A stretch of 64,000 nt of DNA, taken from assembly GCA_048013815.1 (NCBI GenBank), contig CM106586.1, forward strand, positions 18,600,001-18,664,000, read 5' to 3'. Below the pieces are notes generated by a model, which was not told the origin of the DNA, did no database searches, and saw only the letters and a list, made by a program, of their open reading frames with translations. The position numbers were made by a program, and so were the translations under genes. The DNA is from Setoptus koraiensis (Eukaryota; Animalia; Arthropoda). Shown piece by piece: positions 24,379 through 36,071 of this stretch (positions are counted from its first letter, which is position 1; every line of letters begins with the position of its first letter).

Positions 24379-25292
24379 TCATAAAACAGTGTCTTTGGGT
24401 AAAGACGTGATACGCCATAGATCAACTTCTATATCGATGCTCTTTTTGTGATGAAACTTGTACGTATGCGGCAGATCATATTTAATTTGGACAATAGGCT
24501 CGCCGGACACTTGCCATTGTTTACATTTGGTCGTGATATAATCTCTAGTTGAGGATTTGTGCAAACTGTAAACGGAATCTGTGGCTAGATTGATCGCTCT
24601 CCTCAAGAATAGCATATCTATACCCTTGTTTTGTTTTGTACCGAATGGCGGATTGGTGATGCAAACGTCGAACGCATTGTTGAACTTTGACCAAGACTGT
24701 TCGTCTTTAGTCAAATCGGCTCTTATTAAATTTAAGTTAGGACAGTGGCTATAAGCACTTGTAAGATCATCCGTATCGTCATCATCCATATTGAATATAC
24801 TATTTGCGTTGCGGAGACAAATACTTAAAGCATCATCATCAATATCGAAACCACACACGAGATATGCTTCAGCCAACAAGCTAGCAATAGTTAGACTGCC
24901 AGATCCTGTCAGAATAGTATGAACAATGAGAAAGTTACTCAACTAAATACGTCATTTAGTTTTGGTCAGTTTCAGTGTAGGTAAACAACATTCTAAATAA
25001 ATTAAAAGTTCAGTCCACTCACCCACTCCCAAGTCCGCCACAAATTTTCCTTTTATATCATTGAAAGAATTGTCAATTGTGTATATCATCATTGATGCTA
25101 CATGAGGCTGGTGAATTAATGTAAACATTTCAGACTTGATATGGTACAATTGTAAGGGGAGATCATATCCTCAGAAAGCTGACTCACCTGAGTTGCGTAC
25201 TGCTCGAGGTGAATCTTTGGCCTTTCGAAGCCATCTAAATCCTGGAGGCAACCCTCTATTTCGTTTTGCCTCAGTCTGCGTCTAGGGGGCAT
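24379..25292 (-). CDS. METTL5: rRNA N6-adenosine methyltransferase METTL5 (~238 aa)
   Basis: Exons 25292-25188, 25107-25023 and 24905-24379, with GT-AG introns and consistent phases. Motifs LEQY, VADLGVGSG (SAM binding), GFDID, NPPFG and YKFHHKKSIDIEVD. Confidence 0.93.
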
Positions 25293-25965
25293 TGTCACTT
25301 GACAGTAACTGATAACAACTAACAATATACTAACTATAAAGATAACTGACAATATAATAACTGAAATAGTAATCAAAAAATATTGATTCCAAGATTTTTT
25401 CGAGACCTTTTCGAAGTCCGAGTAAGGTAAACCACATGGCTGCTCGCTAGCGATATGTTAGCAGGCACAATGCATTGTTGTTTTTTTGCACACTTGCTGT
25501 TACTAGTGTAGTCTCATAAGCAGCTGTTCCTGGTGACTTATAAATCCGACGTTTTGCCTTTGTCATAGTAATGGTTGAATCATTTGTTGTCTTTATATCG
25601 GTATCAATCACTGAATGAATCTTACAATTTTGCCATTCTATAAATTATTGAGACAACCGAACAGATGTAGAGAGGATGTCGATACGATGATGTCTCTCAG
25701 AGGAATATTTATTATAGTTATTTGAGAACTTCAAGTTCGCACAGAAAAAGGCTACTAGATTTCGGAGGACCAAAAGATCAATCATGACAGGGCTACTTAT
25801 TTAGTGTTTGACATCAAAATTAAATGAAATCTATGTTAATCTAAAATCTTGGTAACTCATTATTGGCGAATATTCTCCTGTATCGTCTAAATATAAACTA
25901 ATCGAGGCTGTTGTCAAACAAAACTCATACAAAGGAAAGGACGGGCAGCTCCTTTCGAAATCGCC

Positions 25966-26349
25966 ATGATTAATACACAGTTCAATACATTATTAATAGC
26001 GCCTGGAGGATATTTATCTCGTCATTTGCTATCATTAGACAGTGGCTCACACATAGTTGACGATGAAAATATTAAGCCACAAGGAACATCCTATGCACCT
26101 GTCCATATACCGCATCCCAAGAATCCAGCGATTCATGCCTATGATACACATGCAACCATGCATCGCCACCCCAGAGATCATTCATTCGAGGGATTGCCAA
26201 CATCATTTTGGGCGTCATTCATATTTTTTTTAGTGATATTTCATTTATTCCTCGCCAAATTGATCTATAACGAATTTTTCAACAGGAATTCTCACATGAC
26301 ACCTGCCGTCAACTATGAACGATTGAGGACCTTCCGCTATACAGTCTGA
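25966..26349 (+). CDS. Uncharacterised single-pass membrane protein (127 aa); an upstream exon may be missing
   Basis: ATG ORF with a His/Pro-rich region, one strong TM segment (FWASFIFFLVIFHLFLAKLIY) and a short tail. Confidence 0.55.
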   Translation: MINTQFNTLLIAPGGYLSRHLLSLDSGSHIVDDENIKPQGTSYAPVHIPHPKNPAIHAYDTHATMHRHPRDHSFEGLPTSFWASFIFFLVIFHLFLAKLIYNEFFNRNSHMTPAVNYERLRTFRYTV

Positions 26350-27262
26350 ATGCAATCTAAATACTACACACTTTAGTACTTTAAGCAATATGTAAATCTC
26401 CATTTGTATGCAACGCACATCAGGCGTTATTATATTATCAGCTTATTTTCAAGTCAAGAACAAGCAAACTTTCAATCGTATTTACAGAACCTGAATTTCC
26501 TTGGTTTGATGTCAACAATTTCGTCGGCAAAACGAAAATAATTGAGAAGGATCTCTCATTATGGGCCAGCATCTCTAATGAAGATTCCGAAGAACAATCT
26601 GGGCAATCAGTTCAGGAAAAACACTGAGACCATTCATAAGTTATTCTCAACTTTTGCAATTGTTATATATATAACAAATATAATATAACTTTAATCTGAT
26701 TACTACCGATTGGCAATTCAGAATTTCGACGCTAAACGAAACAAATTGTGACTAATTTACTTCTATCGAAACTTAAGATTTCAACTATTCTGATTGATAT
26801 CAGTCATTAATGAGAGCTGTTCTAAAAATCTTTATTTGTTCACTAAAGAAGCATTGCAGACTTAACAATGATCTACCATGGTTTCTCCTAGTCATTTATT
26901 GATGCCAGCAGCTCACGTGATTCGTGATTATATGACTAAATTCCTGCCTTGCAGTCCTCTGTTAGTGGAGATTTCGGAAGAAGTGATACGGTTAGTTTGG
27001 GTTGTAACAAATCAAGGATACATATTGTTATGAGAGGAATCTTTTTTTAGAGGGGTTCATTGTTGTGAACGGAAGTCCACTCCGAGCAGTATCTTCAGAA
27101 TTTTTTTCATCGAGTTGTAGGACTCTATTCTCATGTTGGGAATCTCTTTTTAACCAACGGGATGACATCTCGAATCGTTGTCAGTTTTCGATTCGAAAAC
27201 ATCTTGGTTCGGAGCAAGGAACACGTTCGCTCAACAGACTCCTTCATTCGAAGTATCGTGGA

Positions 27263-27850
27263 TTATTTGCACTCACCTGATGGAGAGTTAAATTCCTTAG
27301 ATTTCGCTTCTTTTGGCCTGTTTGTCTCGAACTCAATGCTGTAAATGTGCAATTCGGGAACGTTTTTCTCACCGTCGCATGAGTAGATTTTTTCTAACCC
27401 ACATTTGTAATGATTGCCTTTGTGCACTTGGAAAAAGGGACCGTTTTTCAAGGTGCACGTCTTAGCTTTACCATCCTGTCCGGCAGACTCCAATTCAATT
27501 TTTTCAACAGACGTTGATTTATCGTCCTCTTTCAATGTTAATTTCAGCTTGCCACAATCTGCTTGAACTTCAAGAACATTGCTCGACAGTGCTATTGAAT
27601 TTGGCACTAGTTTCACAAAGGTGGGCTTAGCTTTATCAGATTCAGCAGGATATTTGACGTAGCCATTGAATGTTAGTAGTGCAGCATTGGCTTCGAATTT
27701 TTCAGTTGGAGGTTCGGCAGTTGGGGCAGCTCCGCCGAACTGACAAGAGGCGTAGAGATTTTTGTTGCGAACAAGCAATGTAATAACAACAATACTCACG
27801 ACAACTGCCACTACAACTGCAACACCAATAACTTTTGATCTATTATCCAT
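27263..27850 (-). CDS. Type II membrane protein with a LAMP-like ectodomain (195 aa)
   Basis: N-terminal signal anchor (VIGVAVVVAVVVSIVVITLLV, then RNK). The C-terminal half, FQVHKGNHYKC...IYSIEF...EFNSPSGEC, resembles the LAMP luminal-domain pattern (GNSYKC ... F...EC). Confidence 0.7.
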   Translation of the reverse strand: MDNRSKVIGVAVVVAVVVSIVVITLLVRNKNLYASCQFGGAAPTAEPPTEKFEANAALLTFNGYVKYPAESDKAKPTFVKLVPNSIALSSNVLEVQADCGKLKLTLKEDDKSTSVEKIELESAGQDGKAKTCTLKNGPFFQVHKGNHYKCGLEKIYSCDGEKNVPELHIYSIEFETNRPKEAKSKEFNSPSGECK

Positions 27851-30458
27851 TTTGAATATATTGTGGGTAAACTATCCGATTCTCTTCTGGTGCAAACAAA
27901 CGAAGCCTATGGTCACTAATCGATGGATAATTGTGATTGATTTAGATGTTCGTGTGTCTTGAAACAAACAAAAACTTGAAATGATTCTCTATTCATGGTT
28001 CCCTTAATTTATCGACAGAGAGTGTTGGGGGGGACAACAATGTAGATTCCAATTAGATAACACATTCAGACGAGGGTCTGCATGTTGCGCCCTGGGAGGG
28101 TGGCTTATTCTTTTGTTGTTGCTCAACGATGATTCATCGACCAAAGCATCGTTATCACTTCTAAATTGTAACGATGGTTACACCCTCTTTACATACATAT
28201 AAATGTAAACATGTCACAAAGGAAACGACAAGAATCTGTATCATTTCGACGAATGATCCATTTGTTGTTAGTGAAATATCATGAGAATTCGACGCGGTGG
28301 TTTTGATCACGCTGCAATGGTTAGATTATTGTTTTCACGCAAAAATACAACGAGATCAAATTACAAAATAGACATCACTTTTTGTACACTTATAATTGCA
28401 CCCCCTTTAAATACTATCAAAATGGCGAGAGGCCGTAAACCCTGATTTTCTGATACAGCTCGCCAGCTAGGTCAAATAACAATCGATCTCTGCTTATGAA
28501 ACAATGCTGAACGCTCGAAACGAATCACATTAATCGATTCAATGTCAATTAAAACGACATCATCACTCCAGGCAAACCATTGCTGTTGTATCTGATTGTA
28601 AACAAACGAAAAATGTGGTGACAATGAGTCGACTCACAGGTTGTTTCCTCACAGGTTCTACGGTGTGATAATTGTCAGTCTGGCCAGACCATAGAATGAA
28701 ACATGAGTCAATGTCACCCGAGCGTGTATCCAGCGGATCATACCAGTTATACCAGGTATTATTAATCTATCTGATATTCAGACAACCTTATCAGATCAAC
28801 TTTCTATATATCTCTCATTCAATTGTTTGTGCACTCAAATGATGTTATCCGCACACTTATTCACTAGTTGAAAATGGCTCTCTTGATTTGAATCAATTCG
28901 CAATCTGTCAGTTCAAACGAACCAGATCTATTATTATTGAGCGTTTCGTCTGCCCGTAAGCCTCTCGGATGCTGCCAAGCCATGTGCCTCACTTTTACAT
29001 GCATGAATCTAAACATAATATAATGGATTGCAAGTGCAAATGTTTCAGCTCGCCATAACTACACGCCTCGGTGCCATCTAGTCTAATCATCCAACAAATC
29101 TGCTTATAAATGTAAATATTGGCATTAAATGATGGCATGTTTTGCATGTACAATTATCTCATCTCAATCTCGAGCCATGCTGGTTCGTTTCAATGGCACT
29201 GATTGTGGCATTGCTTCCATTTATACATAGTCTCGCACTTTACTTTCGTTGTAATCCAATAACGACAACAGCTCACCATTTGCGATCTTCCTTCTCGACC
29301 GGGTTAGGTTTTCAAAGCTTGGGTATCTCAGCGTTGGTGGTAAAGTTCTGTTATGACTCAACAGCAACTTAGTGATTATCAGCTTAGTTGTGCCTAGATA
29401 AAGTTGATACAAAAGTCAATCGGGGCATTGTTTTCCGTTGAGTTACTGAAGAGATAAACTACATAACACAACACTTTTTTCATATTGCGGCCGCTCAACT
29501 CAAAAGAAATCTGACAATTGTGGATTAAATTAAGGATGAAAAAAAAAGATTCAGTTACAGTTATAAGAAGACCTGGCGAGAAAGCGGTTATAAAGAAATG
29601 AAAATTACAACCACAGTTTTGGAAGTTAAACAAAATGAGTAGCACAGATAAAACTGGTGTCGCATCTGGCAAGATGCAGTATCCATCACTACGATCCGTA
29701 ATAGATGGGGCAGTAACATACACGAGATAGAGTCGAGGTATCGATAATTATTTTTTATCAATAGTTAGTTCCAGTTGTGCCACAAGCAAAGATTTCTATC
29801 TCTGAACTATGGCGATCTCAATAACAATCACGACGTATAAATTTGATATAAGACCTTATTGATCTGAGCAAACTATAATCAAACATTAACCTGGCGCCAA
29901 GATACGGCAGAGTTAAATAGAATTGAGTGTTCCAAAATCAAACTTGTTTGCCCGCTCACTACAATTACTTGGATGATCAAGTCCAGTTCTGCTTCTTTGA
30001 TTTTAGAAATTCTTTCTAGTTTTGTTCGCACTGCAATACAGGAGAATGAACGATTCCGCAACGGAATATACTATCCACTATTGCACAGGGTGCATGTTTA
30101 TTTATATACTTGAATAGTTTGCACGGTTAGTGTTTATTTTGCTTGCCAGAGGCCTCATGATGTCGTATTGTTGGAATAGTTCAAAAGCATTTGAAAGTTT
30201 GATTAATAGTTGGTTGGCGGTGACTTATTCTAGAAAAAATAACAAATATCTTGATTTATTTATAGAATGTCACCATCGGAGTATCACCTCGACACTGACT
30301 TTTGCCTTCGAACAGAAGTGAATGTCGACAAGATATCTCAATGAAAGAAATTCATCATTCATTGTATCAGTAGAATAATAATTTATGTTTTTACAAAACA
30401 GTATTGTAATAACATAACCCCAAGGATAACAAATACGATTGATATTAGCAAAGCAATC

Positions 30459-32591
30459 ATGTCTTGTTCGTTTGAGTCAACGAAAATTCTTCTCTTATCT
30501 ATATGTTTTTTGTATGCCTGTTATTTCGTTGATCATGCACTTGCGCATGCAAAATCTGATCTAGGCACCGATGTAGACGGAAATGGAAACAATGGCCAAC
30601 GATCGGCCAAGTCAACGTTCGACGAGATGGGCGCCAAACAGTCGGGCATGTTCAATATGAATAGCAACAGTCGAAATGAAAAGATCAAAATTGGCAACAA
30701 AAAGACAACTAATTACAATTACAGTGGCGATCGGTTCAAGCCGACACAATTGACCCAACTGGTGCTAAACGTGCCGCCCGCACTGCCGACCGCCCGAATG
30801 CAACCCAAGAGCACACGAAAGGGCCGATTGCCCACAGAGGAGGAAATGGAAATAAAAGAGAAAATCCTCGAATTGTTCAGCAAGGCCAAAAATGAAAAAG
30901 ACGGCGATTTGCACATGAATCATTTGGGCAAGGTACTAAGAGCATTGAATGCAAAATATATAGCAACACAACCAGTTAGACGCATTGTGTTTGCCGATCC
31001 GACACAATTACAGAAGATGCCCAGTGTGCCCGCGAATAGCGACGTAATAGATCCAGAGCCCGAGCGAGAATTATCGCCAGAGGAGAAACTGCGAGAAGAA
31101 ACAGAGCGGGTACAGACTCAATTGGATGATCTATTGAGAAAATTCGCCCAAGAAGTACAGTTTACGCCGGAATTTCTAACCAGGCTCGCTCAAGCCGACG
31201 AAACACAAATGACCGTACCCCAATTAGCTTTTAAACACGTGATCAATTGTGTCACAAATCCGACGGAATGCACAACAGATTTGTTGTGCGCCGGCACGCC
31301 AGCAAGCAACACAAATAACTACGATTCTAGCAATGACTACGGCCAGCAACAATCGGCCGAAATGTATGCCCAGTACCCAGAAAATCTGGAGCAAGCCATC
31401 GACGATCAATATCCCTATCCGCCGCCGCCATACCAATACGACGATCAGCAGCAGCAGCAGCAGTTAGATGAGCCGCAACAATATGAGCAGCAAACATACC
31501 AACAGCCAGATCAATACACCTACGATGAGGCCACTCAAAGTGAATTGCAACAACAAAATTACCGACTGCAACACCAACGAAACACGAACTTCCAGCGATC
31601 GAGCAGTGATAACGGTCAAAGGAATCCCTACAATGTTGACTATTCAACAATGTATGCGCCAGCGGACTCGACGGGCTCGGGCCTGGGTGATCCGGCGATG
31701 ATGAATCCAGACTATCAAGACTATCAGGACAACTATCAGGATTATGGTAATCAGATGAGCGCCAGACCGGATCAAGATGATGAGCAGCTCACTGAGGAAC
31801 AATGCGAACAACTGTACGGTAAGGAACAGTGCGAAAATATTTACCCCAGCCAAGGTGAGACGCCACTCGACGAAAGTCGAAATGCTCGACCGTTTGCATA
31901 TGAGACCAGCCAAACAGCTAAACGAGCAACCGATGGTCTCAGAGAGGGTACCCAGGCCAACGCTCGTCAACCATACAACGTGTATCCGGCCCGGATGCAG
32001 CCACAGCAACAATCTGGCCCAACCAATGTCGCCCCACTGTCGAAATTGACGCCTAGAGCCGGCCCAGTTAATTTGGCACAACGCCCGTTAAGTGCCACTA
32101 ATTTGCAACGAGAAAAAGCACGTACTGCATTGGAACCTGCCCAGGTAAAAGTAGCCAAGCGCCCACTGGCGCCCGTGGCACCCCAAGCTCCGATTGTGCC
32201 AGTGTCGCAAAGCAAGGCGATTCCATTGCAACCTGCTCAACCGAATAGAGTTGCGTCGGGCAACTTGCAGCCGCCGTCGGCACAAAAACAACAGCAATCG
32301 ACGCAGCTACCAGCAGCAACAACAACAACACGTCAGGTAGCTAATGGCCAACAACAACAGCAGCAACAAAAACAGCAGCCACAGCAGCAACAAGTGTCGC
32401 CCCAGACGCCACAATCAAAGATTTTACCGGGCTTCTTCAAGAGTCCGAGCCAATCGACTCAACAACAACAAGTTGCCCCGAGTGCTCAGAGACCTCTGAC
32501 AACAGTGACCAATGCGGTACCACTTGCCGGACAACAAAAGTCGAATATACCTACCAGTAGGCCAACGCCTGGTCCGGCGACCAGAAGTTGA
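30459..32591 (+). CDS. Uncharacterised secreted Gln/Pro/Tyr-rich protein (710 aa)
   Basis: Long ATG ORF with signal peptide (ILLLSICFLYACYFVDHALA), a helical N-half with CVTNPTECTTDLLC, a Q/Y/D-rich middle and a P/Q/A-rich tail. Confidence 0.85.
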   Translation: MSCSFESTKILLLSICFLYACYFVDHALAHAKSDLGTDVDGNGNNGQRSAKSTFDEMGAKQSGMFNMNSNSRNEKIKIGNKKTTNYNYSGDRFKPTQLTQLVLNVPPALPTARMQPKSTRKGRLPTEEEMEIKEKILELFSKAKNEKDGDLHMNHLGKVLRALNAKYIATQPVRRIVFADPTQLQKMPSVPANSDVIDPEPERELSPEEKLREETERVQTQLDDLLRKFAQEVQFTPEFLTRLAQADETQMTVPQLAFKHVINCVTNPTECTTDLLCAGTPASNTNNYDSSNDYGQQQSAEMYAQYPENLEQAIDDQYPYPPPPYQYDDQQQQQQLDEPQQYEQQTYQQPDQYTYDEATQSELQQQNYRLQHQRNTNFQRSSSDNGQRNPYNVDYSTMYAPADSTGSGLGDPAMMNPDYQDYQDNYQDYGNQMSARPDQDDEQLTEEQCEQLYGKEQCENIYPSQGETPLDESRNARPFAYETSQTAKRATDGLREGTQANARQPYNVYPARMQPQQQSGPTNVAPLSKLTPRAGPVNLAQRPLSATNLQREKARTALEPAQVKVAKRPLAPVAPQAPIVPVSQSKAIPLQPAQPNRVASGNLQPPSAQKQQQSTQLPAATTTTRQVANGQQQQQQQKQQPQQQQVSPQTPQSKILPGFFKSPSQSTQQQQVAPSAQRPLTTVTNAVPLAGQQKSNIPTSRPTPGPATRS

Positions 32592-33445
32592 TGAGCATCG
32601 GGCTTGAAACGGTTTACAGCATACCAGCATTCAGACAGCAATAGCTAGATTCGAGATAGACAATGGAATAAACAATTACATAAGGTAGAAATAAACTATT
32701 TTACTAAGAAACCATGATTACCAACTTGTTGTAATGGGGAGTTGAAAAAATCGCCCGTTACCTTACAAAATAGGTTTTGATATATTTCGTAATAATGTAC
32801 AACAAGAAGATAAGTTGCTTGTATGGAAGAGCAGCCCCCACAATGTTGAAAGCATTTTCTGCCTGTTTCCCAAGATATGGGAGTGCGATGGAATTTTTGA
32901 ATTGTTTTATACTAATCTATCAATTGATTGAAACATGGTGACGTTGTTATTTTACTGTTGGTATTCTATAGATTGATTCAGATAAAAGGTTTGGTAGATT
33001 CTTACGGTGAAAGCAGCAAAAAATAAACTAGTAGCTCGAAAATGGTATTTACATTCCGTCAGAATTGAACTTTTGAAGCTGTGGTAGTTGCATTTGGGCG
33101 ATATATCCATATATCCTCCGTGAGTTGAACTCAGAGAAATCTAGAGAATCGACAGAGGAAACTGCAGAAAGACTGGGTCCATCTAATTTAAACATAGTTT
33201 GAGATTTCCAGACGTCTGAGAACGATATGATAACGTTTAAAAATAGACTCGCAATGGAAACTGAAAAGTGAAGCGCAATTCTCCATCTTCAGTATAAATA
33301 GTGACAAGTAGACTCAGTTATTTTTCCAGAGGAGGCGATAGAATTCGTGGAAGAGCGAAAATATCCTCCTCCTTTACGCGATCGATCTGAAAATATCAAT
33401 TGCGTTGGATATAAAAATTTGTAGCTTTAAAGGAAAAGCGGGAAA

Positions 33446-34960
33446 ATGGCCCAGATCAAAATGTTCATCATCACCTGTCTGGTGTGTGTTTGTTTAGCCT
33501 ACACGTCCGACGCTCAACCTATCAATTCGGAATGGTGCAGTAATTCAGTGAAAAAAATTGAGACAATTCCTGCATTTCTAAAATTCGCAGAAACAACCCT
33601 TGGAGACGATGGCGTAGATGTTTTGAGCGATGAGAAAATTGGTATCCTCAACAAGTGTGTTCGCAGCCCAAATGCATTTGGTGATATCCATGCGTTGAAA
33701 GAAATAGTGGAGCAAGCTGGCAAAGTTCACTCCGTTTGCGAGCCTGCCTTTGCAGATGAACTGCTGAAATTAGACTCACAATTGAAAAACAATGTCAGTC
33801 ACGGTAAATATTTGAAACGCAAACAAAAGAATAGACTGGCCCGCTTCTTAAGACTATTTGCCGGTCAAGTTGCTCTTACGTGTAAAAAATCTTTGGCACA
33901 AAAACTGCAATCAGCTGAGGATACTAATGTCGAGGTGTTAGCGAGTCTGCACACAGTGATTGCAAAGTCTGAGGCGAATAAAGTAAAACTCGATGAAATT
34001 CAGGCTGACAAGAATCTTCCAAAAAGCACGCGCAAGCTGCTGAGTCTCGCCATTAAATATAACCCTCACGTGTTCACACGAGTAGAAAATCTCATACTAA
34101 CTGAATCGCTGAAACCAACACCAGAATCTGAATTTTCCATGGGCATGACATTGAGCTCGCAGAGCATGGTCGACGACTATGTAAAAGTCAAGAAGGCGTG
34201 CATGGTGATTGATCAATTTTCTCAAAGCTCGATGCACACAATAGCCCGGCTCGCCTGGAAAGGATACGTTGCACGAAGCGACGCTGAAAACTTGGATAGA
34301 AGCCTTAGCGACGATCCAAGGGTCCAAAAATGGATTAGAGCCGTGCAATTCTGTCAAGGTGTTCTTATAATTGAAGCAAATGTAGATCTAGAGAGCGACA
34401 TTGTAGTCAAGGAGGCCCTGAATGATGAAGGTATATTCACAGTCAATCTAGGCAAAATAAGTCATTTGAGGAAACCGGCGTACAAATTTGAGCAGGCAGA
34501 TAATTTCAGCTCGTTCGATACGGATCTAAAATGCTACACACAAACGAAAGGAATGAGAGGGTGGCTGCAGAGACGCTTCTGCAACATGGCAGAGCTTGAA
34601 TTGTCGAAACATTTCAAGTTGAACGTCCTCGACGAATCAATCAAGCGATCATTGATGGAAAATCAAGAGGACCCAGAAAAAGATGTCCAATTCGGCGGTT
34701 CCTCTACGGGTACAACACTGGCAGGTCAGGCAACTGGTCACGCCGCAGCACACACTGCTAGTATTTTTGGTTTGCATATTAGCCATGCTGCTGGGGTCGG
34801 TGTTCTTCTGGCTTCGTTATTGGCTGTGGTATTGTTCGTTCTCGCAGGTTCCTATTTATTAGCTGCTGCAATCGTTGACGGGCATATAAGACAAGTTCCT
34901 GGGACAGGTGGCGGAGGCCACCATACTTCTTATGTGAACCTTTCTTTAGGTCTTATTTAA
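33446..34960 (+). CDS. Uncharacterised type I membrane (signal peptide + C-terminal TM) protein, paralog 1 (504 aa)
   Basis: Signal peptide, conserved Cys pattern and a C-terminal hydrophobic segment. Paralogous to 36072-37604. TATAAAT at 33293. Confidence 0.85.
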   Translation: MAQIKMFIITCLVCVCLAYTSDAQPINSEWCSNSVKKIETIPAFLKFAETTLGDDGVDVLSDEKIGILNKCVRSPNAFGDIHALKEIVEQAGKVHSVCEPAFADELLKLDSQLKNNVSHGKYLKRKQKNRLARFLRLFAGQVALTCKKSLAQKLQSAEDTNVEVLASLHTVIAKSEANKVKLDEIQADKNLPKSTRKLLSLAIKYNPHVFTRVENLILTESLKPTPESEFSMGMTLSSQSMVDDYVKVKKACMVIDQFSQSSMHTIARLAWKGYVARSDAENLDRSLSDDPRVQKWIRAVQFCQGVLIIEANVDLESDIVVKEALNDEGIFTVNLGKISHLRKPAYKFEQADNFSSFDTDLKCYTQTKGMRGWLQRRFCNMAELELSKHFKLNVLDESIKRSLMENQEDPEKDVQFGGSSTGTTLAGQATGHAAAHTASIFGLHISHAAGVGVLLASLLAVVLFVLAGSYLLAAAIVDGHIRQVPGTGGGGHHTSYVNLSLGLI

Positions 34961-35046
34961 GAAGGATTGACCAGGGCAAAATTGTATCATTCATTGTGTT
35001 TTAAGAATAACAAAGGTGCCTCATGCAAAAAATATTTCCCATGTCA

Positions 35047-35138
35047 GATGTGCGATTATCGTTATGGAATACGCTACCAATTATCCACCATTCATTCGTC
35101 GTTGCCTTTTCGCAACCACCTAAGAAATGTTCCGGCTA
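35047..35138 (-). pseudogene. Duplicated fragment of the jeb terminal exon and 3'UTR
   Basis: Matches 38986-39079 and reads LAGTFLRWLRKGNDE*, versus LADTLLRWARKGNDE* in jeb. Confidence 0.8.
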
Positions 35139-35389
35139 GACCCATACTCCATGAGTTAGGCCGTAAGAAGATCGAGGTGTCTTCCTCTTAGTTATATATC
35201 GTCGCCCGACATTCATCAGGATGCAGTCTTGTTGGGCGCTATTGTCGATGACTGCAGTGAGACTGGTCTCAGCGAAACCATCCTCAGTATATAATAACGC
35301 CAAAGACCGAAGTAGAGGAGTAGTTTGTTATCAATCAGTCGTCAAGTATCGTATTCATATGCTATCATGATAATCATATAATAATCATA

Positions 35390-35535
35390 TTCGATGAAAT
35401 GTCCGTCGCTGAAACATTCGTTCTCTGAAAAATACGTTGGCTGAAATAAACGTTCTCTGAACTATACGTTCTCTGAAATATACGTCTCCGAAGTGTACTT
35501 CGCTGAAACTTACGTCTCTGAAACGACCGTTTCCC
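35390..35535 (+). repeat. Degenerate 15-16-bp tandem array (consensus ~TACGTTCTCTGAAA, ~9 units)
   Basis: Periodic CTGAA/CCGAA blocks lying in the non-homologous spacer between the two duplicated units. Confidence 0.7.
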
Positions 35536-36071
35536 GATAATTCAGTTTTGTCGTTGTTTTGAACCCGTAAGTTGGTATTGGAACAGAAAAGCAATAGATA
35601 AGGCTGTGCCAAAATAAAAGTAGCTGGTTTGCCGGATTGTGGTCCCGACATTGTTATATCACTTCCGTCAGAATTGAACATTCGAAGCTCTGTTAGTTGC
35701 ATTCCGAGGCTACACAGATCGACTCTGCTCTAGTCAAACAGACAAAAATATACAAAATCGACGTGGGAAAACCCAAAAATATTAGCATAAAGAATTTAAA
35801 GATAGTTTGAGACAGCCTGATTTCCAGACGTCTGAGAGCGATATGATAACGTTTAAAAATAGACTCTCAATGGAAACTGAAAAATAAAGCGAGATCTCCA
35901 TCTCTAGTATAAATAGTGACAATAATGTATTTCGCAGACTCAGTTATTTTTTCAGAAAAGGTGAAAGAATTTGTGAAAGAGTGAAAATCTCCTCTACTTT
36001 TTCGCAATCGATTTGAAAATATCAATTACGTTTGATATAAAAATTTGTAGCTTTATAGGAAAATCAGGAGA

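Noticed and set aside
29221-29723. Minus-strand ORFs with N-glycosylation sequons
   Set aside because: No consistent splice model or start could be built, stops intervene, and no family is recognisable.
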